Assembly: GCA_963698505.1 (NCBI GenBank)
Contig: CAVORC010000052.1
Location: 4,294-68,293 of the forward strand
Direction of reading: 5' to 3'
DNA: 64,000 nt
Origin: an uncultured Chloroflexia bacterium
GTDB taxonomy: Bacteria; Chloroflexota; Limnocylindria; Limnocylindrales; CSP1-4
The notes below the pieces were generated by a model, which saw only the letters and a program-made list of their open reading frames with translations, searched no databases and was not told the DNA's origin. How positions within the stretch are numbered: the first letter of the stretch is position 1; each line of letters begins with the position of its first letter. Positions 57,677-64,000 of the stretch are shown here, in pieces. Position numbers and translations under genes: made by a program.

Positions 57677-58708
57677 ATGACGGCAGTGCTGGACGCTGCG
57701 ACTATCATCGCCTCCATGCCCGAGCGACCCGTGCCCTTCAGTCTTCTCGACGCCGCCCGCGTGGTGGCGCGCGGCGGTACCTTCGATAGCAAGCTGGCCG
57801 CGCTGTCATCGCAGGCCCAGACCGTCACCGATGCGACCTCCGTCAGCATCCTGCTTCATGACGCTGACGCCGACATCCTGCTCTCCATCGATGGCGAGCT
57901 GGCCCTCCCGATCAGCGCTACCGACGACCAGACCCGGCAGGCGGTGTCCGACCGTCAGACAGTGCTGATCGCCGGCGTCCCCAAGGCCCTCGCCTCGGCG
58001 CTGCCGGGCGCGAAGTCGAGCCTGCTGACGCCGCTGGTCATCGAGGACGAGGACGGCTCGTTCCTCGAGGGTCTGCTGGCCGTGGGCTGGCCCTCGGCTG
58101 AGCCGCCGATCGACGAGGCTCCCGACGCCGTGCTGGCCATCGCCGACCTGGCCGCGGTGACCATCCGCCAGGCTCGGCTGCGCAACTCGGCCTGGGAGCA
58201 GTCAGACCACGCCGACCGCCTGTCCCACACCGATCGGCTCACCGGCCTGGCCAATCGCGTCACCTTCGAGCGCATGCTCGAGCTGGAGATCGCCCGCGCC
58301 ACGCGCCAGGGCACGCCGCTGGCCGTTGCCGTGCTCGACGTCGATGGCTTGACCGGCATCGCCGAGCGCAAGGGTGCACGCGTGGCCGACGAGGTCCTGC
58401 GCCACGTGGCGAGCGCCATCGCCGATCGCGTCCGCCTGCTCGATACGGTGGCCCGCTTCGGCGAGGACGAGTTCGTGGTCATCGCCCCCGGCGATGCCGG
58501 CGGCATCGTGGCCCTGCGCCTGCGCGATGCCATCGCCGAGCTGCCGCCCATCGGTGATACCGAGATCAGCGTCAGCGCCGCGGTGGTGCACCATCCGGCC
58601 GACGGCGCCAGTGGCGCTGAGCTGGTGGCAGCCTCGGAGGCGGCCCTCGCAGAGGCCAAGTCCAAGGGCCCGGGCACCATCTTCGGGGTCCAGGGGGCGA
58701 CTGCCTGA
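57677..58708 (+). CDS. GAF-GGDEF protein with a degenerate active site (GEDEF)
   Basis: ATG at 57677 is in frame with the end of ORF 56474..58708. Has an N-terminal GAF-like domain, then DRLTGLANR, and RFGEDEF in place of GGDEF. RLLD lies at the I-site position. Confidence 0.8.
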   Translation: MTAVLDAATIIASMPERPVPFSLLDAARVVARGGTFDSKLAALSSQAQTVTDATSVSILLHDADADILLSIDGELALPISATDDQTRQAVSDRQTVLIAGVPKALASALPGAKSSLLTPLVIEDEDGSFLEGLLAVGWPSAEPPIDEAPDAVLAIADLAAVTIRQARLRNSAWEQSDHADRLSHTDRLTGLANRVTFERMLELEIARATRQGTPLAVAVLDVDGLTGIAERKGARVADEVLRHVASAIADRVRLLDTVARFGEDEFVVIAPGDAGGIVALRLRDAIAELPPIGDTEISVSAAVVHHPADGASGAELVAASEAALAEAKSKGPGTIFGVQGATA

Positions 58709-58791
58709 GCGTCACGCGAAGGGCCGCCTATGCGTCGAGCAGGCCGACCGCCTGATCGGGCTGCGGTCCGCGGCCACGGAGCCAGCCATCG

Positions 58792-59478
58792 TCAGTCGCG
58801 CTCGAGGCGCTCCAGCAGCTGGTCCACCGCACGGCCCACGGCCGTCGCGACCACGTCCACGTCGGCACTGCCATCGAGCACCGCCCAGCGCTGTGGGTCG
58901 GCCGCGGCCATCTCGTGGTAGCCGTCGCGCACACGCTGGTGGAACGCCAGGTCGTGACGTGATTCGTCCTCGAAGCGGGTCAGCTCCTCGGCGTGCCCGG
59001 CGTCCCGGCGGGCCAGCCCGACCTCGACCGGAACATCCAGCACAACCACCAGGTCGGGCTGCAGGCCTCCCGTCGACAGCTGCGCGATGACCGCCAGCAT
59101 CTGGCGATCGACGCCACTGCCGTAGCCCTGGTAGGCCATCGAGGAGGTGGCGTAGCGGTCGAGCACCACCACCTCGCCGCGCGCGAGCGCCGGCCGGATG
59201 ACGTCGGCGACCAGCTGCGAGCGTGCGGCATTGAAGAGCAGCGCATCCGCCACCGGGCCGCGGGGGATGTCGGCCGGATCGAGCAGGATCCGGCGTACCT
59301 GCTCGCCCAGCGGCGTGCCACCGGGCTCCCGCGTCTCGGTCACGGCCAGACCGCGCGCTCTCAGGCGCTCCGCCAGCAGGCGCGCCTGCACCGACTTGCC
59401 CGCGCCGTCGGGTCCCTCGAGCACGATGAAGAGGCCGGGTCGCGCGGTCCTTCCGGTCCTCCCGGTCGTGCTGGCCAC
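58792..59478 (-). CDS. tmk: thymidylate (dTMP) kinase
   Basis: Shows FIVLEGPDGAGKS, REPGGT, the DRY motif (VLDRYATSSMAYQG) and a lid region. Confidence 0.9.
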   Translation of the reverse strand: MASTTGRTGRTARPGLFIVLEGPDGAGKSVQARLLAERLRARGLAVTETREPGGTPLGEQVRRILLDPADIPRGPVADALLFNAARSQLVADVIRPALARGEVVVLDRYATSSMAYQGYGSGVDRQMLAVIAQLSTGGLQPDLVVVLDVPVEVGLARRDAGHAEELTRFEDESRHDLAFHQRVRDGYHEMAAADPQRWAVLDGSADVDVVATAVGRAVDQLLERLERD

Positions 59479-59480
59479 GG

Positions 59481-61553
59481 TCAGCGGAACGCCCGCACCT
59501 TCTCCGGATAGACGCGCACCCGCCGGAACGGCTCGCGGCCACGGGAGCGCGAGACCAGGTTGGCGGCCTCGGCAGCACGGTGCTGCAGCTTGCGCAGGTA
59601 GGCGTTCTGGGGTGACAGTTCGACGGGCTTGGCCTCCGTGCGCACCAGGCTGACCGCTTCCTCCAGCTCGCGCATGGCCACGTCCTGGGGGTCGGTGTCC
59701 AGGACGTACAGGCTGGTCAGGATGGACTGCATCTGCACGACCGTGTTGGACTTGAGCACATAGATGGGGATCCCCCGCATCTCGGCCTCGCGGATGAGCG
59801 GCGACTTCTGCTTGTAGGCGCTGCGAAGGGTGATCACCACGTCGGCCTCGTCGGGCTCGCGCACGACCACCACGGGTAGCTGCAGGTCCTTGATGGCCTG
59901 CTCGAGTCGCTTGCGGCTGATGCCGAAGCCGAGCACGTTCATCGGCTGCAGCGGCATCGGCTCTCCGTTGCGCTCCGAGAGGCGGATGAGCAGCTCCTCC
60001 TCGCCACGCGCCTCCATGGGCACGTCCGCCCCCTCCTCGGCGGCGGTCGTCTCAGCGCGAGCGGTCCCGCCGTCGCCGACAGCAGGGGCTGGCGCCAAAC
60101 CTGGGATCTCGTCACCGAGGGCCTCGGCCTCCGCCTGGTCGGCCATCAGCTCGGTCATGGCGCGGTTCGCCGAGGCCCGCCATTCAGCCTGGCGCTCGAG
60201 CTCTCGGGCCTCGCGGGCGCGCTGCTCGGGTGCCGTCGTGCCCCGCTCGAGAGGACCGCGGTCGGCGATGGCGCCGGCACGGAACACCGCTGGGTCACCC
60301 GCGCGCCGGCGCGCCTCGTCGCCGGGCCAGCCCTCCGTGCCTCGCCGTCCACGGCTGCGCCCGCGTGGGCCGGCACCGGCGCGTCCGACGGTCTCCGCGC
60401 CGGCGCCACGGCGGTCCGGGCGGGCGGGATCGATGCCGAAGCTGCCGAGCCCACCGCCGACCAGTCCGCCGAATCGCTCGCCGGGCATGCGCTCGCGTGG
60501 TCCGGGTCGCGGGCGTGCCTGGGAGCGGTGCACGCCGCCTTCGTCGCGCCAACGCATCTCGGGGGCCAGGGCATCGCCCCGCAGCATGGCGTCGATGGTC
60601 TCGGCCACGTCGGCATGCACCGCCACGCGGTCACGATCCTGGATCTCCACCACCACGTCGAAGGTGGGCGGGGCCTTGCGCTCGAGGACCGACTTCTGCG
60701 TGCGCCGGCGGCGGGCCTCGTCGTCACCGAGCGTGACGGTCTGGATGCCGCCGATGAGGTCGGACAGCGTGGGGTTCAGCATGAGGTTGTCGAGGTTGTT
60801 GCCGTGGGCCGTACCGATGAGCTGGACACCACGCTCGGCGATGGTGCGAGCGGCCAGTGCCTCCAGCTCCGTGCCGATCTCGTCGATGACGATGACCTCG
60901 GGCATGTGGTTCTCGACGGCCTCGATCATGACCGCGTGCTGCAGGTCCGGGGTACGCACCTGCATACGACGTGCGCGCCCGATCCCCGGATGCGGGATAT
61001 CCCCGTCGCCGGCGATCTCGTTGCTGGTGTCGACGATGACGACGCGCTTGTCGAGATCGTCGGCCAGGACGCGTGCCGCCTCGCGCAGCATGGTCGTCTT
61101 GCCGATGCCTGGGCGACCCATGATGAGGATGGACTGGCCTGACTCGACCAGGTCATCGACGATCTCGATGGTGCCGAAGACGGCACGGCCCACGCGGCAG
61201 GTGAGCCCCACGATCTTGCCGTTGCGATTGCGGATGGCGCTGATGCGGTGAAGCGTGCGCTCGATGCCGGCACGGTTGTCCTCGCCGAAGGAGCCCACGT
61301 GCTCGACCACGTACTGGATGTCTTCGGGGCTGATCTCGCGGTCGAGCAGGACCTCCTCGCCGCCACCGCCGAAGCGCGCCTCCGGCTTGCGGCCGAGGTC
61401 CATCACCACCTCGATGACGGAGCCGACCTGCTCAAGGGAACGCATGCGCTCCCCGATCTCCGGCGGCAGCGCGTCAAGCAGTGCCTCGAGGCCGTCGCCG
61501 GCCTCGGGCAGCGGGGGTACGGGCATGGTCTCCTCCGATGGCGGGGAACTCAT
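59481..61553 (-). CDS. AAA+ ATPase with a C-terminal R3H nucleic-acid-binding domain (Ycf45/SpoIIIAA-like)
   Basis: 690-aa intact ORF. Walker A is GRPGIGKTT and Walker B is VIVIDEIG, plus GTAHGN. After a long Arg/Gly/Ala-rich linker comes the tail [37 protein letters not shown] (R3H-type). Confidence 0.8.
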   Translation of the reverse strand: MSSPPSEETMPVPPLPEAGDGLEALLDALPPEIGERMRSLEQVGSVIEVVMDLGRKPEARFGGGGEEVLLDREISPEDIQYVVEHVGSFGEDNRAGIERTLHRISAIRNRNGKIVGLTCRVGRAVFGTIEIVDDLVESGQSILIMGRPGIGKTTMLREAARVLADDLDKRVVIVDTSNEIAGDGDIPHPGIGRARRMQVRTPDLQHAVMIEAVENHMPEVIVIDEIGTELEALAARTIAERGVQLIGTAHGNNLDNLMLNPTLSDLIGGIQTVTLGDDEARRRRTQKSVLERKAPPTFDVVVEIQDRDRVAVHADVAETIDAMLRGDALAPEMRWRDEGGVHRSQARPRPGPRERMPGERFGGLVGGGLGSFGIDPARPDRRGAGAETVGRAGAGPRGRSRGRRGTEGWPGDEARRRAGDPAVFRAGAIADRGPLERGTTAPEQRAREARELERQAEWRASANRAMTELMADQAEAEALGDEIPGLAPAPAVGDGGTARAETTAAEEGADVPMEARGEEELLIRLSERNGEPMPLQPMNVLGFGISRKRLEQAIKDLQLPVVVVREPDEADVVITLRSAYKQKSPLIREAEMRGIPIYVLKSNTVVQMQSILTSLYVLDTDPQDVAMRELEEAVSLVRTEAKPVELSPQNAYLRKLQHRAAEAANLVSRSRGREPFRRVRVYPEKVRAFR

Positions 61554-62644
61554 CAGACGGCCGGCACGAGCGAGGGCTCAGCCACCCGCACCAGTGCCTC
61601 CTTGACCAGCAGCGAGACCGTGGCGATGGTCTCCATGCCGTGGTCCTCCAAGCGACGATCGATGGGTGCTTCGTAGGTGCGCACACAGGCCATGACCCCG
61701 TGCTGGTGGGCAGGGTTGGCGGAGCGCTTGTTGGCGCCGCTGCGCTTGCCGATGATGGCCAGGCCGTAGCGGATGAGCAGGCCCGTGTCGTGCTGCGGCA
61801 ACGCCATGACGCGCAGATAGTGGGGCTGCTGCTCCTTGGCCACCCCGACCTGCAGCATGGCCGCCAGTGACTCCCCGTCGTCCGACTCCTGGACGTAGGC
61901 CTCCACGTCGGCGAAGCGCAGCAGCGGCGTCAGCGAGGTACGCGGCACCGTCGAGCGGCCCGGCAGGTGCTCCCAGTCCGGGAGCCGATAGCCCTCCAGC
62001 CGTGCCACCGGCGCCGGCGTGACCAGCTTGTACAGCCGTGCCAGCTCCACCGAGTCGAGGTGGTGCGCCGGACGGATGCCGTGTGCCGCCGCGTCGATGA
62101 CGCGCAGGCTGGGGAAGCGCCGGCGGGGGTCGCGGAAGAGGATGGTCTCCTCACCGTAGCGCGTGAAGCCGGCCTGCATGAAGAGCTCCACGTTGCCGTC
62201 ACGATCGGCGCAGGCCACGTGGAAGCGCGAGGCGCCGCGCCGCGAGCCATCGCGCATGAGGTGCTGGACAAGCCGGTAGCGGATATCGCCGGCAGCATCC
62301 TGGTCGAAGGCGTCGAGCTCGACGACCGTCCACTCGTCGCGGGCGGCGTCGCGCTCCACGCGGGCCAGGCCGGCGAGGCGGCCACCCTCGTCGTAGACGT
62401 ACATCTGGTCGTTGGGCCGGAAGGCGCCGAGCGGCATGCGGAAGAGGCTGAACACCGAGACGTGGCTGGCAGTCACCGGCAGGCCCAGCGAGCGCATCTT
62501 GTGCGGCGGCTGCTCGGCCCGGGAAGCAGCACCGTCGGTCACGATCTCGATGCTGGGGTGCGCCAGACGCGAGAGCTCGCCGACGGCGGCCAGGTCGGTC
62601 AGGCGGGCAGCCCTGACGCGGCCGGAACGTGCAGCCGTCGGCAT
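61553..62644 (-). CDS. GNAT-family acetyltransferase-like protein (two-lobed)
   Basis: ATG at 62644 ([18 protein letters not shown]...). Shows [15 protein letters not shown]...WTVVELDAF...[36 protein letters not shown]. The stop overlaps the downstream ATG by 1 nt (TGATG). Confidence 0.55.
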   Translation of the reverse strand: MPTAARSGRVRAARLTDLAAVGELSRLAHPSIEIVTDGAASRAEQPPHKMRSLGLPVTASHVSVFSLFRMPLGAFRPNDQMYVYDEGGRLAGLARVERDAARDEWTVVELDAFDQDAAGDIRYRLVQHLMRDGSRRGASRFHVACADRDGNVELFMQAGFTRYGEETILFRDPRRRFPSLRVIDAAAHGIRPAHHLDSVELARLYKLVTPAPVARLEGYRLPDWEHLPGRSTVPRTSLTPLLRFADVEAYVQESDDGESLAAMLQVGVAKEQQPHYLRVMALPQHDTGLLIRYGLAIIGKRSGANKRSANPAHQHGVMACVRTYEAPIDRRLEDHGMETIATVSLLVKEALVRVAEPSLVPAV

Positions 62645-62675
62645 CAGCGGCTCCCCGCGGGGTCGGAGATCGGGT

Positions 62676-63320
62676 TCATCGCGACACCTCCTGCTGCCCC
62701 CGGCGGGTGGGGTGAGGCCGCCGGCCACTCCCCTCGGCTGGTTCCAGGTAGGCGCCGGCCATCGTCGTCAGCAGGCGGTGGAAGCGTGTCTCTCCAGCCA
62801 GCTCGGGATGGAAGGCCGTGGCGATGACGTTGCGCTGTCGCACGGCCACCACGCTACCGTCATCCAGCCGCGCCAGCACGTCGACCTCGTCGCCGACGCG
62901 TTCCACGATGGGGGCGCGGATGAAGACGGCATGCACCGGGGTGTCCCCCAGCACCGGCACGGCCAGGTCGGTCTCGAACGACTCCAGCTGGCGTCCGAAG
63001 GCGTTGCGCTTCACAGCCACGTCCAGCAGGGGGAAGACAGGCTCGTCGCCGTCGACGATCTCGCGCGCCAGCAGGATCATGCCGGCACAGGTGCCCAGGA
63101 CCGGAGCACCCCGCGAGGCGAGCTCGAGGATGGGGGCGCGCAGCTGCCAGCGGTCGATGAGCTTGCGCATGGTGGTCGATTCGCCACCGGGCAACACGAG
63201 CCCGGCCAGCCCGGCGAGATGCTCGGGCAGGCGCACGGGAACCACCTCCACGCCGAGGCCACGGAGCAGCGCCTCGTGCTCGGCGAAGGCACCCTGGACC
63301 CGCAGGACTCCGATCCTCAC
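62676..63320 (-). CDS. pdxT: pyridoxal 5'-phosphate synthase glutaminase subunit PdxT
   Basis: Shows MRIGVLRVQGAF.EH, LVLPGGESTT, the catalytic GTCAGMILL, and FIRAP...ATAFHPEL. Confidence 0.9.
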   Translation of the reverse strand: MRIGVLRVQGAFAEHEALLRGLGVEVVPVRLPEHLAGLAGLVLPGGESTTMRKLIDRWQLRAPILELASRGAPVLGTCAGMILLAREIVDGDEPVFPLLDVAVKRNAFGRQLESFETDLAVPVLGDTPVHAVFIRAPIVERVGDEVDVLARLDDGSVVAVRQRNVIATAFHPELAGETRFHRLLTTMAGAYLEPAEGSGRRPHPTRRGQQEVSR

Positions 63321-63353
63321 GATCGCCTCCTCTGTGCGGGCGCGATCGCGGGA

Positions 63354-64000
63354 CTACCAGCCGCGGACCGCGAGACGCTCCTCCTCGGGGACGCTGGCGG
63401 CGTGGATCCCGCGCATCGGCTGACCCAGGCCCCGGGAGACCTCGGCGATGATCTTGGGATCGTCGAAGTGGGTGGTGGCCTGGACGATGGCGTTGGCGGT
63501 GGTGGCCGGGTCCTCGGACTTGAAGATGCCCGAGCCCACGAAGACGCCTTCAGCCCCCAGCTGCATGGCCAGCGCCGCGTCCGAGGGCGTGGCGATGCCG
63601 CCGGCCACGAAGTTGACCACCGGCAGCCGTCCGGCGGCGGCCACCTCCCTGACCAGGTCGAATGGGGCACCCAGCTCCTTGGCCGCCATGTAGAGCTCGT
63701 CCTCGCGCATGCCGGCCAGCTTGCGGATGCCGGCGTTGACGGAGCGGATGTGACGCACGGCTTCGACGATGTCGCCGGTGCCGGCCTCGCCCTTGGTGCG
63801 CATCATGGCCGCGCCCTCGCTGATGCGACGCAGCGCCTCGCCCAGGTCGCGCGCTCCACACACGAACGGCACCTTGAACTGGTGCTTGTCGATGTGGTTG
63901 TCCTCGTCGGCCGGCGTCAGCACCTCTGATTCGTCGATGTAGTCGACGCCGAGCGCCTCCAGCACCTGCGCCTCGACGAAGTGGCCGATGCGCGCCTTGG
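63354..64000 (-). CDS. pdxS: pyridoxal 5'-phosphate synthase lyase subunit PdxS (3' part; the 5' end lies beyond the window)
   Basis: Shows [15 protein letters not shown]...[37 protein letters not shown]...[36 protein letters not shown]. The reading frame stays open to position 64000. Confidence 0.9.
   Translation of the reverse strand, partial: KARIGHFVEAQVLEALGVDYIDESEVLTPADEDNHIDKHQFKVPFVCGARDLGEALRRISEGAAMMRTKGEAGTGDIVEAVRHIRSVNAGIRKLAGMREDELYMAAKELGAPFDLVREVAAAGRLPVVNFVAGGIATPSDAALAMQLGAEGVFVGSGIFKSEDPATTANAIVQATTHFDDPKIIAEVSRGLGQPMRGIHAASVPEEERLAVRGW

Noticed and set aside
1-64000. Programmed ribosomal frameshifting or transcriptional slippage as the explanation for the many frame changes.
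   Set aside because: Too many unrelated genes are affected, often several times per gene and in both directions. I saw no recurring slippery heptamer or downstream structure at the junctions. Indel error or decay is far more parsimonious.
1-64000. Search for tRNA/rRNA genes, CRISPR arrays, transposases, integrases and prophage or defence-system genes.
   Set aside because: No T-loop-like GGTTCGAATCC-type elements were seen, and no regularly spaced direct repeats beyond the two- or three-copy tandem repeats reported above. No DDE/tyrosine-recombinase, restriction, Cas, toxin-antitoxin or phage structural motifs were recognised by eye. A proper tRNAscan/Infernal/HMM run was not possible.

Overview
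This is a very GC-rich bacterial chromosomal segment; third codon positions are almost all G/C. The lineage cannot be fixed from the sequence alone, though gene content fits a high-GC Gram-positive or Chloroflexi-like organism. I recognise about 60 protein-coding genes and no rRNA, tRNA, CRISPR array, transposase, integrase or phage genes.

Gene content, left to right:
- 0.4-4.7 kb: a small enzyme cluster (PaaK/F390-synthetase-like ligase, DapA-family lyase, SDR).
- 4.9-7.1 kb: rmlA-rmlD-rmlC.
- 7.1-15.2 kb: a fructan/sucrose-type utilisation locus (GH32/68-like hydrolase, sugar ABC transporter, LacI, PfkB kinase) with a GGDEF gene inserted.
- 15.8-18.4 kb: a mazG-rph-rdgB house-cleaning operon.
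- 18.4-35.6 kb: a long envelope-glycan locus. It holds the APS kinase cysC, rmlB, a FemAB/GNAT-like gene, two tandem sulfotransferases, a Wzm/Wzt ABC-2 exporter, two GT4 enzymes, wecB, wecC, a DUF354 gene and a polyprenol-phosphate GT2, with an S1 protease embedded.
- 35.6-45.1 kb: a large secreted FlgD-Ig protein, then mreB-mreC, radC, a CPBP protease, a zinc-ribbon membrane protein and guaA.
- 45.2-48.9 kb: a co-directional accessory module (Cys-framed D/R-rich repeat protein, 7-bladed RCC1-like propeller, an unassigned 0.7 kb with a 69-bp tandem repeat, and an internally duplicated membrane protein).
- 49-64 kb: assorted hydrolases, then guaB3-like, threonine dehydratase, a GAF-GGDEF gene with a degenerate active site, tmk, an R3H-AAA ATPase, a GNAT gene and pdxT/pdxS.

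A dominant technical and biological feature is that about 20 conserved genes, housekeeping genes included, can only be read by changing frame. I saw indels but no nonsense codons inside conserved segments. The lesions are clustered, so they are either consensus indel errors or genuine decay.

The most interesting candidates are the putative sulfated-glycan locus and the 45-49 kb secreted-repeat/RCC1/duplicated-membrane module. All functional calls rest on motif and family recognition by eye; no database search was possible.
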